The notes beneath the pieces are model-generated. The model was given only the letters and a program-made list of their open reading frames with translations. It did no database searches and was not told where the DNA came from. From Candidatus Latescibacterota bacterium (GTDB lineage Bacteria > Latescibacterota > UBA2968 > SICM01), in assembly GCA_965217865.1 (NCBI GenBank), contig CBDCJO010000002.1, positions 4,224,001 to 4,288,000 on the forward strand: 64,000 nucleotides of DNA, given 5' to 3'. Both the position numbers and the translations under genes were made by a program. Shown here in pieces: positions 38,393 to 48,538 of this stretch. Numbering within the stretch: the stretch's first letter is position 1; each line of letters begins with the position of its first letter.

Positions 38393-40516
38393 GTGGACCA
38401 TGAAGAAGGCATCCTATCCGTCGGCCTGACCGGGGGCAATCGGTTCTGCATCCACACTGCATCGAGTTCCCGCGAAGAGCCGTTCGAGCCGTGGTTGCTG
38501 GTTGAGTCCCCCGACGAATGTGAGCGCGGGGACATGGGAGGCGTGGTTTCGATAACCGGCCTGAAAGGCGGCGGAGAATTTCGTCACCTGGTCAGGTTTC
38601 GGTCCTGGTCCGACTTTCTAACCGCCCGCGATCGGCTGGCGGGTGGTCGGATCGCTCATTTCCGATTCAACAACCCCGTCCAACAATTCCTAATCGCTAC
38701 CGGAAAGACCCTGTTTCGGGGAATGCGCTATCCCGACCTCCATCGGTTACAGCTCGACATCGAGACGATGTCCCTGAACCCGACGGATCCTGAGGGACGG
38801 ATCATCCTGATCTCCCTCTCCGACAACCGGGGTTTTGAGGAGGTGATCGACGGCCGGGAATTAACCGAGTCAGAAATGCTGATTCGGTTGAACAGGATCA
38901 TCGCAGAGCGGGACCCCACGGTCATCGAGGGACATAACCTGTTCGACTTCGATCTCGCCTACATCAGTGCCCGCGCAACCGCCTGCAACCTTCGCCTCTC
39001 GTGGGGGCGTGACGGGTCCGAAGTACGTTTTCTTCAGGGAGGCCGCCGGTACAGGGCGGGCGCAAAAAATCCCTCCTATAAATCGGCCTACATCTTCGGC
39101 CGGCATCTCATAGATACCTACCAGCAGGTACAGCGATTCGATATCGAAGGCCGTTTGGAAAGTTACGGTTTAAAAAAAGTCGTTCGGTCCCTCGGTTTGG
39201 AACGAAAAGGAAGGACATTCGTCCCCGGAAAAGATATCGGACGGATCTGGCGAACCGATCCTCAAAGGTTGATCGCTTACGCCCTCGACGATGTTCGGGA
39301 TGTAAGGGTCCTCTCCGAGGCGATTGTGCCGACCGAATTCTATCAGACCCAGATTCTCCCCTACTCCTTCCAGGATGCCGCCCTCTCCGGGCCCGGTGAG
39401 AAGATCAACACACTTCTTATCGGCATCTACCTCCGCCGCGGATTAGCCATCCCCCGTCCCCGACCAAGCCAGGACTACCCTGGCGGATACACCGAACTCA
39501 GGGAAGTTGGCCTGTTTCAGAAAATCGTAAAGGCCGACGTAGAGAGCCTCTATCCCTCGATCATGTTGACCTTCAAAATCCGTCCTGCTTCCGACACGGA
39601 GGATGTCTTTCTCCCGATGCTCGAAAAGCTGACGAAAAGCAGGTTGGAGGCCAAAGCCCGGATGAAGACAGCTGCGAATGTGGAAAGGGCATACTGGGAC
39701 GGGATCCAGGGGAGTTACAAGATCCTGATCAATTCGTTCTATGGTTATTTGGGATACGCACACGCCAACTTCAACGACTACAACGCTGCAAGGCTGGTCA
39801 CAGAAAAGGGACAGGAGATCATTCTGAAGGCCGTCCACCTCCTGGAAGATCTACACGCGAAGATCCTGGAAGTGGACACGGATGGGGCCTATTTCGTCGT
39901 TCCGCCGGGGGTGGACGGCGTGGAAGAAGAGATACGATTGGTGGAACGTGTCTCATCCGCCCTCCCGGAAGGAATCAACCTTTCTCACGATGGCCGTTTT
40001 CTCGGAATGATCAGCCTCAAGGCGAAGAACTACGTTCTTCTCGATCATGGCGGCAGGCTGATCGTCAAAGGGAGCAGCTTGAGAAGCCGTCGGGATGAGC
40101 GCGTGTTCAGAGATCTGATCCCTCAGATGGCGGGACTGCTCATCCGGGGAAACTACGAAGAAGCCAGCCGGATCTACTTAGACCTGGCCGAACGCATCCA
40201 GGCAGGAAGCATCGAGGTCGAGGATTTCTGTCGGTCCGAGAGCATCACGGAGAAAACCTTCACAAATCCCAATCTCAAGCGGCTGGCCCACGCCGCTGAA
40301 GGAAAAGCCATCGGTCAGCGCGTGGCCGTTTATCAGCGAAGTGACGGAAGCCTTGCGCCTGTGGACAACTATGACCACGATGAGGATAGGGCTTACCTTT
40401 TGAGACGCCTTCACGACACTGCGTCTCGATTTCGGGATCTGTTCACTGAAGAGGAATTCAGGCGGTTCTTCCCGGCGGTACGCGCACAGCCGAAAGAGCA
40501 ATTGAGCCTATTCTGA
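38393..40516 (+). CDS. polB: Family B DNA polymerase with 3'-5' exonuclease
   Basis: LDIET, GHNLFDFD, YALDDV; DVESLYPSIM, KILINSFYG, VDTDG. Confidence 0.9.
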   Translation: MDHEEGILSVGLTGGNRFCIHTASSSREEPFEPWLLVESPDECERGDMGGVVSITGLKGGGEFRHLVRFRSWSDFLTARDRLAGGRIAHFRFNNPVQQFLIATGKTLFRGMRYPDLHRLQLDIETMSLNPTDPEGRIILISLSDNRGFEEVIDGRELTESEMLIRLNRIIAERDPTVIEGHNLFDFDLAYISARATACNLRLSWGRDGSEVRFLQGGRRYRAGAKNPSYKSAYIFGRHLIDTYQQVQRFDIEGRLESYGLKKVVRSLGLERKGRTFVPGKDIGRIWRTDPQRLIAYALDDVRDVRVLSEAIVPTEFYQTQILPYSFQDAALSGPGEKINTLLIGIYLRRGLAIPRPRPSQDYPGGYTELREVGLFQKIVKADVESLYPSIMLTFKIRPASDTEDVFLPMLEKLTKSRLEAKARMKTAANVERAYWDGIQGSYKILINSFYGYLGYAHANFNDYNAARLVTEKGQEIILKAVHLLEDLHAKILEVDTDGAYFVVPPGVDGVEEEIRLVERVSSALPEGINLSHDGRFLGMISLKAKNYVLLDHGGRLIVKGSSLRSRRDERVFRDLIPQMAGLLIRGNYEEASRIYLDLAERIQAGSIEVEDFCRSESITEKTFTNPNLKRLAHAAEGKAIGQRVAVYQRSDGSLAPVDNYDHDEDRAYLLRRLHDTASRFRDLFTEEEFRRFFPAVRAQPKEQLSLF

Positions 40517-40595
40517 AGATTGACAAATTTCGGGGATGGTCTTATATTACATATAGATATCCTTTTCCCCGCCTCCTATTTCCCATCCTCCCCTG

Positions 40596-41468
40596 ATGAT
40601 ACCGGAATGGACTAAAGTGACCCTGAACGTGCCGGGGGACCTTTCGGACTTGGTGTCCTGTCTCCTGTTCGAAGCGGGGACGAACGGCATTCAGGTTGAA
40701 GACGGCGAAGATCGGACGTGGGTTCGAATGGCGGCCTACTTCGAAAAAAAAGAGGGAAGCATTGCCGCAATCTCCCACCTTCGCCGGAAATTGGGGGCTC
40801 TCGGAGAAAACGGGAAAAGAATTGGACCTCTGACCACGACCGATGAGAGCGATGATGGGTGGGGAGAAAAATGGAAGGAATTTTTTAGACCCGAAAGAGT
40901 CACCGACCGTATTCTCGTCGGCCCTCCGTGGGAGGACCTGGAGGTTGGGGATGAAGGGATCGCAATCGTCATCGAACCGAAAATGGCCTTCGGCACCGGA
41001 CATCACGAAAGCACCCGGATCGTCTTAAAGGCTTTGGAACGGTTTGTTCGTCCCGGAGACCTCGTCTTGGATCTGGGAACGGGCTCAGGAATCCTCAGTA
41101 TTGCTGCAGCAAAGCTTGGAGCAGAATGTGTGGCTCTGGATATCGATCCCGTAGCCATCGAGAACGCTCGTGAAAATACCCGGGCAAATGATGTCTCCGA
41201 TCGGGTTCGTCTGATCTGCGGTACCATCGATGCAGTAGCCGGGGTGCGTTTCGACGCGGTCGCTTCAAACATCCAGAGGAATGTCCTGATTCCCTTACTC
41301 GATGATCTCCAGGTGCGTCTGAATCCGGGCGGGAGGCTCATCCTCTCGGGTATCCTGGACCGGGAAGAGGAGGAGATGGGGAAGGCGCTGGGCGGAAATT
41401 CTTGGGCATCGTTTGAAGTTTTAAGGGAGGGGCAGTGGATCGGGATGGTCGTCGAAAAGGCCGGGTAA
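40596..41468 (+). CDS. prmA: Ribosomal protein L11 methyltransferase
   Basis: EPKMAFGTGHHEST, LDLGTGSGILSI. Confidence 0.95.
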   Translation: MIPEWTKVTLNVPGDLSDLVSCLLFEAGTNGIQVEDGEDRTWVRMAAYFEKKEGSIAAISHLRRKLGALGENGKRIGPLTTTDESDDGWGEKWKEFFRPERVTDRILVGPPWEDLEVGDEGIAIVIEPKMAFGTGHHESTRIVLKALERFVRPGDLVLDLGTGSGILSIAAAKLGAECVALDIDPVAIENARENTRANDVSDRVRLICGTIDAVAGVRFDAVASNIQRNVLIPLLDDLQVRLNPGGRLILSGILDREEEEMGKALGGNSWASFEVLREGQWIGMVVEKAG

Positions 41469-42220
41469 CATCCGCTGGATTTTTCGTCCTCCCCAACGAC
41501 GTCTCGGGCGATCGAATCACCCTGCGTGAAGAAGAGGCGCATCACGCCAGTCGCGTCTGTCGTTGCCGTATCGGGGATCGCATCGACGCAACCGATGGGA
41601 TCGGAGCCTTCTATCGCTGCCGGGTATCGAAAATCTCCCCGGATCTCCTCCAGGCCGAGATCCTTGAGCGGTTTCCCGAACACGGAGAACCCCGGATCCT
41701 GCTCGTCCTCGCCATCCCTCCCCTGAAAGGGGAGCGTTTTGACTGGCTCGTGGAGAAGGCGGTGGAGGTGGGCGCGGCGAAGATCATCCCGATCTCCACG
41801 GAGCGCACGGTCGTAGAGGCCGGCCATCGGCGCGATCGCTGGATGCGGGTGGCTTTATCCGCGACAAAGCAAGCCCGGCGGTCCCGATTGACAGAAATTT
41901 CGGAAGTTCGACCTTATCCGGAAGCCCTGAGTGAATTGGCAGGCCAGGTGGATCTGGTCCTCCTGGCCTGTGAAGATCCGGAGGATTCTGACGATCTGAG
42001 GAAGGGGGTTTCTTCCGCTGCAGTTTCCTCATTGGGAATCCTGGTCGGTCCGGAAGGGGGGTTTACCCGAAAAGAGATAGATGCCGCCCGATCCATCGGT
42101 GCCCGTCCCTTCTCCCTGGGACCACAGCGACTCCGGACTGAAACCGCTGGTGTCGTGGCCGTTGCATTGGCCCTTAGCGAATTCAGCAAAATCGACTCCC
42201 GTGAGGGCCCTACTTCTTGA
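41435..42220 (+). CDS. rsmE: 16S rRNA m3U1498 methyltransferase
   Basis: HHASRVCR, EKAVEVG, VGPEGGF, LRTETA; start uncertain. Confidence 0.93.
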   Translation: MDRDGRRKGRVTSAGFFVLPNDVSGDRITLREEEAHHASRVCRCRIGDRIDATDGIGAFYRCRVSKISPDLLQAEILERFPEHGEPRILLVLAIPPLKGERFDWLVEKAVEVGAAKIIPISTERTVVEAGHRRDRWMRVALSATKQARRSRLTEISEVRPYPEALSELAGQVDLVLLACEDPEDSDDLRKGVSSAAVSSLGILVGPEGGFTRKEIDAARSIGARPFSLGPQRLRTETAGVVAVALALSEFSKIDSREGPTS

Positions 42221-42248
42221 AGGCCCCTGTTTATTGCTCAACAATCCT

Positions 42249-42593
42249 ATGTCTGATTGTATTTTCTGTAAAATCGCAAATCATCAGATTCCTTCTAAAA
42301 TCGTTCTCGAAGACGATAACATCCTGGCCTTCGAGGATTTGAATCCTCAGGCCCCCGTTCACATCCTCCTGATACCTAAACGACATATCGCTCGGCTCAC
42401 GGACCTTAAGGAAGAAAACGGTCTGCTGATCGGAGGCATCGTCACCGCGGCCAACCAGGTCGCCGTCGACCGGGGAATTGCGCAGAGCGGTTACCGTCTG
42501 GTCGCCAATTGCAATGCCGACGGGGGCCAGACGGTAGATCACATCCATTTCCACCTGATGGGCGGACGCCGAATGAATTGGCCCCCGGGCTAA
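42249..42593 (+). CDS. hinT: Histidine triad nucleotide-binding protein
   Basis: DCIFCKI, HIHFH, WPPG. Confidence 0.93.
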   Translation: MSDCIFCKIANHQIPSKIVLEDDNILAFEDLNPQAPVHILLIPKRHIARLTDLKEENGLLIGGIVTAANQVAVDRGIAQSGYRLVANCNADGGQTVDHIHFHLMGGRRMNWPPG

Positions 42594-42623
42594 ACCGCGT
42601 TCTGCTGTTCGGAATCCACAACC

Positions 42624-43073
42624 ATGAGAATCCTTGTTATCCACGGACCCAACCTGAATCTTTTGGGGATCCGGGAGCCAGAAATTTACGGGGCAGATAC
42701 GCTGGATACGATCAACACGTCTATCCGAGATTTGGCCGGGGAGCTCGGAGTGGAAATCGAAATCGTTCAGTCCAACCACGAAGGTGAAATCATCGAGGCC
42801 ATCCAGAAAGCCCGTACCGTTTCACACGGAATACTGATCAACCCCGCCGCATTCACGCATTACAGCATCGCTGTGCGGGACGCCCTTGCCGCCGTCGGAC
42901 TCCCTGCGGTAGAGGTCCATCTCTCCAATATCCACGCCAGGGAGGCCTACCGTAATCATTCGATCACCGCCCACGTCTGCATCGGTGTCGCTGCCGGCTT
43001 CGGTGGATTCAGCTATCTCTTAGGTTTGAGAGGGCTCGTCAACTATCTGGGGGGAAAAAAGAACCGGAATTGA
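42624..43073 (+). CDS. aroQ: Type II 3-dehydroquinate dehydratase
   Basis: HGPNLNLLGIREPEIYG, SNHEG, EVHLSN. Confidence 0.97.
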   Translation: MRILVIHGPNLNLLGIREPEIYGADTLDTINTSIRDLAGELGVEIEIVQSNHEGEIIEAIQKARTVSHGILINPAAFTHYSIAVRDALAAVGLPAVEVHLSNIHAREAYRNHSITAHVCIGVAAGFGGFSYLLGLRGLVNYLGGKKNRN

Positions 43074-44480
43074 GTTCCCCCACTTTCGAATTTGCTTATG
43101 AACTTATCCTATCCTATCTTATCTTTATCACATTGCTGATCCAGACCGCCTCGCCCTCTCATGGCCTTAAACATGGCGATCAGATCGTGGAGATCATCGG
43201 GGCGGATCAGGTCAATATTCGGGAGTGGTTGGGAACCGAATGGGAGATCTTGGCCAAGGTCCCCCGGGGTGACCGATTAAAAAGACTTGGGACCGAGCGG
43301 GGCTGGTATAATATTCTCTTGCCGGATGGGCGTGAGGGGTGGGTGCACGGTCGGTATGCCCGACCCGATCAATATATCGAAGTCTCGGCCCCCAAAGAGA
43401 TCCTGCTCGTCACCGCGGAGACCATCAACCTTCGTCAAAACCCTGCCACGGGTGCACCCGAGGTGACCCGGGCGAATAAGGGGGATGAACTCGGTTTTCT
43501 CTCGGAACGGAACAACTGGTATTTCATCCTAACTTCCGATGGCCGAAAGGCGTGGGTCCACAAGAACGATGTCGCCTTCCGATCGAAGGACCCGGAGGAT
43601 AAGCCGGGTGAACTTGAGCCTGTCGATGCTTCCCTGAAGGAGGACTCAAAAAAACCTGATCGATTTCAAGAGGGCATGGACCGCTTGAAGGCGGGAGACC
43701 ATCTGGGCGCTCTCCTCACGTTCCGGACACTCCTGAAGGATTTCCCGAATCACAGCGGGGCTCACTATCAAATTAGGAAGGATCCTGAAGCAAACCGGCC
43801 TGTTAGAAGAGGCCTTAGGCCACTTCGAACAGGCCTTGTCCGGAGACCCTGAAAAACCTGAAGCCCAGTTCCAGATCGACGAGCTTCGGCTGAGTCTGAA
43901 AACCGCTCCTGCAAAGCCCCCACCACCGAAGAGGCGTAAGGACTCTATCCTTCCGGGAGAGGAGTTCAAGCTCCTCCTCATGGGCGGCGGGCTGGCTTCG
44001 CTCATCTTTCTGACGATTCTTCTATGGGTTTATCTCCGGCGACGCAGGGCTCTGTTTGGGGGAAATGTTTTTGGATCTCCCCGTCGGGATAAAAACTTTC
44101 AGAAGACCCTGAAGGGAGTCGCCGAGAAGCGGCCATTGCTCCGAATTATTGAAGAGGCGGAAAAGAAGCAGGAGGCTGCGGAGGATCAAATTCGAAAAAA
44201 AGTCGAGGCTTTTGGGGGAGTCTCCGTAGAGGCGGGGGCTTCGCTGGGGTTGCCTGAGGCTGAACCGGTTCAGCCTTTGTTAAACAGAGTTGAGGAGATC
44301 CGGCAGGTGGTGGGTGAACAGGAGGACCGTGCCAGGATGTATTCGGATTTGATAAAACTGCAGAATGAAAAGATTGAGGCGCTGAACGATGAGATTGAGG
44401 CCTTGAAGAGGCTCGTCCAATTGAAATCGGAGCGGACCGAATCAAAGCCTAAAGGATCTCCCGAAACGCAGAAGGCCTAA
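43070..44480 (+). CDS. Two SH3b domains + TPR + TM + coiled coil protein, frameshifted near 43770
   Basis: Two NxR..W..GWV/AWV SH3 repeats; the TPR continues in the 43836-44480 frame. Confidence 0.7.
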
Positions 44481-44515
44481 TATCCGTTCTTAGTCGGAAT
44501 TGAGGTAGGATTGCT

Positions 44516-44821
44516 ATGATCTGGCTTGGACTCACATTCCTCATGGTGCTCGCGGCGAAGTATTATTCCGCTGTTGCAGTCAAGCACCTGGAAACCCGAT
44601 TGAATGAGGCCAAGGACGGAATCGAAGAGGCCAAAGGACGCTTGAAGAAGGCCAGAGAACGTCAGGATTCTGCCAAAGATCAGGAAAAGAACCTGAGATT
44701 TCGAGCTGAACGATTGCAAGCCCTTATTCAGGACATGGAGGCCGACGTGCGCGCCCCCCGTCGGGTTGAGGAGGAATACGAAGAGGTCTCGAGGGTAAAG
44801 CCGCAAATCCGGGCCTCATGA
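44516..44821 (+). CDS. Small TM-anchored coiled-coil protein
   Basis: RBS-like GAGG; hydrophobic N-terminus; heptad pattern. Confidence 0.7.
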   Translation: MIWLGLTFLMVLAAKYYSAVAVKHLETRLNEAKDGIEEAKGRLKKARERQDSAKDQEKNLRFRAERLQALIQDMEADVRAPRRVEEEYEEVSRVKPQIRAS

Positions 44822-45836
44822 GAACAACCCGCGTAGTCCCTTTTTCTTCTTCGGCTGCTGCTTTTTCGCCGGTGGAGCAGTCTTCCCCCCCCCCCGTTCA
44901 CGGTAAACTTTCATCAATGCCCCGCCTCGTGTGCCGATCCGATCCAGCATTTTGCGGGCCCGATTTTTGTTCGCCGGATCCATTTCCTTGTCATTGACCA
45001 CGACCATGGCCTGCTTCATCCCCGCGTTGAAATAATATTTCGCCAGCTCATAGACCGGCTCCTCGTTGCCGATCACGTAGGCGCGGAAATTGACCTCACC
45101 GATCAACGCGAGAAGCTTTAGTTCCCCCTCCACCCCGATCTCCCGAACAAGCTTGTGTGCGGTTGCGTAGTATTTCCCGGCGGTCTTAAGGGCCTGAGCC
45201 TCGGAGAATACGATCGGGGGCTGCTCCGGCAGCGCGGGTTGAGCCGGGATCAGCTGGATATAGCTATCCTGGATGATTTTTAAGAGGGATTCGTGGTCGC
45301 TCCGCGGTATTTCTGACTTGAAGCGCTCCCGGTCGCGATATATCCAGGCGAGCCGGAGGTAGTACCGCGCGAGATCCCTGATCGAAGGGTTTCTCTTAAG
45401 GCACTCCGAATAGATGCCCAGGTAGAATTTGTTAATCGTGGATTCGTAAGGATAATCTGGGTCCAGGTCGTGACCCAGAGAGATCAGGGCCCCTTCGGAA
45501 TTCTTCAGCTCATCAATGTGGGTTTCAAGAACCCCTTCTAAAAAACCGTTGCGGAATTTCTCCTCGTTCTTCTCCCAGATTCGAAAGTCCTTATCGTCTA
45601 TCTCGGCTGTATAAAAGCAGGTTTCACAAACCGCCCAGAAAAACTGGAGCGGGTTGGTGTTCGAAAACGATTTGTTCTTCCAGATAATTTCCGTGGGATG
45701 TTCGTCCTCCTCCGTGGCGTTAATCCGGAAGGCGTCCCACGATAAACGTTCGTGGGTGTTTTGGTTGCCGCACCCCGGACACGAAATCTCGTATCCGCGG
45801 TATGGCAGATCATCACTGGGCCCCCCGCGAATCCAC
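44816..45836 (-). CDS. DUF2225-like Zn-binding protein (mostly missed by the ORF track)
   Basis: Continuous open frame ..YEISCPGCG..WAVCETCFYT..ARYYLRLAWIYRD..; the nearest GTG is out of frame across a G6 run. Confidence 0.75.
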
Positions 45837-45856
45837 AGGACTTTCCCGCCTGTCTA

Positions 45857-45885
45857 TTATTAACTCTCCCAATCCGCGTTGTCAA
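45857..45885 (-). promoter_or_regulatory. Putative sigma70 promoter
   Basis: TTGACA-N17-TAATAA upstream of the DUF2225-like frame. Confidence 0.45.
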
Positions 45886-45891
45886 GTCTAA

Positions 45892-47302
45892 ATGGATAAT
45901 TTAAACGATCGAATCAAGGCCTATTTAACTGGCCGGCCGAGCGGGGCGTCCTCCGGGGAGATTATCGCAGAAGTCATGAAACTTCGCGGCGGGAACCCGG
46001 CGATTTTCGAACGGATCGTCCGGACTGCGCTTGACGGGGACATTCGATTCATCAAGGCCCCTGATGGTCGATGGCAGACCGTCCAAAAGCCATCGCCCAA
46101 TCAGATGATCTTCTCCGTCATCTCCCTGAGGGCCGACTCGGATCGGAACCGTTTGATTGAGATCGGGGCAGTCAGATTGTCGGAGGGTCGGGAATTTTTT
46201 CCGATCCGTAACCGATCTTCCGGAGGGGGATGGATCTGGGGCCCCGGAGGATGTTGTGTCCCCCCGCCAGGCGTTGGTGGAATTGGCGGAGTTTACTGCC
46301 AATTCCACGTGGGTCGCTGACGATCTTCGAGGCATGCTTTCCCTTCTGGACTGGGAGGCCCGTCGAACAGGGGCTCCCCGACCCCCTTCTGCAGGCCTTT
46401 CCCTCAGACGCCTCGGCCGGAGAATGTTCCCCCATATCCGGGTCCGTTCCGCGTGGGGGATGACCTCAACCCTGGGCGTCTCACACCGCGAACAGGGCCG
46501 TGCAGACCGGGAGGCAGAGGGGCTCTCTTCGATTCTATCCGCCCTCCTGGAGAAGTGTCGAAGCCGGGGAAAATCCCGTTTGGAGGAGATCCTCTCCATC
46601 CAGGAACCCGACCTGGAGGGCATCGATTTCAGTCGCTACGGGTTTGACCGGCCTTTTCTAAAGGGCCTACCTGAGAGCCCTGGAGTTTATAAGATGTTAG
46701 ACAAGGCAGGGGATGTTATCTATGTGGGAAAAGCGAACAGCCTGAGGGATCGGGTGGGGTGCTATTTTGGAAGAGCCTCGAAACGGTCTGAAAAGATGAC
46801 CAGGTTCCTTGATCGGCTCTACGATCTCCGGGTTGACGTGGTGGGTTCGGAACTGGAAGCCCTCCTCTTGGAAGGGCGGTTGATCCGTCGATACCAACCT
46901 GAATTTAACACCCAGCTGCAGGTACACGAAAGGCCTTCCTCCCTTTCGGTGAGGAACCAGGTGTTTGTACTGTCCTCAAAAATCGAGGGATGCGTAGAAC
47001 TATTTATGGTGCGGGAAGGGAAGGGACTGAGACAAATCAGGGCCCGCCAGGATCTTTCAGATATCGAAGGCGTGAGGGTGAGGTTTGAGGATCATTTTTG
47101 GGGCCGACCGGATAAGGCCGGCCTATCCGAAGAGGAGAAGGCGGATTCCGAAATCGGGGAATCCTGGCTAGCCTCCCGGGGGGAGGGGATCAACCGGTTG
47201 GATGTAAGCGGGGTCAAAGACTTTGAAGACGGGCTTCGTCTCTTGAAGGACTATATCGCAGGATGTGGTCCACCCGGGTCAGACCGGGTGATCTATGTAT
47301 GA
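45892..47302 (+). CDS. Degenerate DEDDh exonuclease + UvrC-like GIY-YIG nuclease, frameshifted at the T6 run near 46200
   Basis: LIEIGAVR; LPESPGVYKM..IYVGKANSLRDRV..YF..EALLLE..PEFN. Confidence 0.75.
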
Positions 47303-47332
47303 TACCAGGGGCGGGCGCCGGAGCCTGACCCG

Positions 47333-48283
47333 TTATAACTCCAGTTCCATCCCTTCACACGCCAGCTCGACTTCGAAATCCCGTCCGGAGGAAACACGCT
47401 GCATGTAATCTCGGGCGTTGTGATACAGGTGCCACAGGCTTTCGTCGTCCATCACCGGGTTGTGATGGAAAAGGATAAGTTTTTTGACCTCGGATTGTAT
47501 CGCGATGTCGACTCCGATAAACGGGGTGCTGTGACCCCAATCGGCCTTCTCGAAAGACTCCTTCAGACCAAAATATGCATCGAAGACCAGGGCGTCGCAC
47601 CCGTGGAACTGGGAATAGTAGGGTTTCATATGATCGTCATCGAAGCGATTGTATGAGGAGTCGGATGCATAGATGAAGGTCTTTCCGCCGTGTTCGATCT
47701 TGTATCCAAAAGCGCGGCCTGGATGGTTAAGCTCAAACGGTTTTATCCGAACCTCGCCGAAACGCCGCTGTCGTCCATCCGTCAACTTTACAAACCGAAT
47801 ATCAGAGGCCATGATGTCCATCGGAACCGGGAAGTTGTAGGGATGATGCTGATTCTCGAATCGTTTTTTCAGGTCTTCGTGCACCCCATGAATGTTGATT
47901 CGATTACCCGGTATGAAGGCGGGAATGAAAAATGGGAATCCGCAAATATGGTCCCAGTGTGTGTGTGTCATGAAGACCTGAGCCAATCCCTTCCCTTGCC
48001 CGAATTCCTCAGACATCATGCGCATACCCAGACCCCGGATCCCCGACCCGCAATCCAATATGAAATGCTGGCCGTCGGCCTGCACCTCGATGCAGGAGGT
48101 GTTTCCGCCGATAGTCCCCCGTTTATGGAGGGGAAGCTTCGATACGTACCGGCGGACAGCCTTCGGCGTGTTGAGCTTTTTCCCCCTTGCCTCCAGAAGG
48201 GCACCCACGATCTTTTCTTCAACTTGGGCGGGGGTGATTGGGGCTGCGATCGATCCTCTTGCGCCCCAGAATTTGATCTTCAT
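47333..48283 (-). CDS. MBL-fold metallo-hydrolase
   Basis: FWGARGS, GGNTSC, THTHWDH, WGHS, LFHHNP. Confidence 0.92.
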   Translation of the reverse strand: MKIKFWGARGSIAAPITPAQVEEKIVGALLEARGKKLNTPKAVRRYVSKLPLHKRGTIGGNTSCIEVQADGQHFILDCGSGIRGLGMRMMSEEFGQGKGLAQVFMTHTHWDHICGFPFFIPAFIPGNRINIHGVHEDLKKRFENQHHPYNFPVPMDIMASDIRFVKLTDGRQRRFGEVRIKPFELNHPGRAFGYKIEHGGKTFIYASDSSYNRFDDDHMKPYYSQFHGCDALVFDAYFGLKESFEKADWGHSTPFIGVDIAIQSEVKKLILFHHNPVMDDESLWHLYHNARDYMQRVSSGRDFEVELACEGMELEL

Positions 48284-48538
48284 GTGGTTGATCCTAATGA
48301 ATTAAAGGGGGATTGGATCCCCAATCCCCTCGAAAAAAAGTTCAGAAAGCTCTCCATAATATAGTGAAAATTGTAGGCCAGGATAAAGATTTTGTCAAGT
48401 TTTTAGAAATAGCGCCTTGTTGATAGATCAGGACAGGTTTCTCCATCAGATTCGTTCTTCCGTATTCAAGATACCCCTTGCCATTCCCATAGAAAGTGAT
48501 CTGGCTCACATCACCAGATGCCCGGTCCTCGCGGAAAT

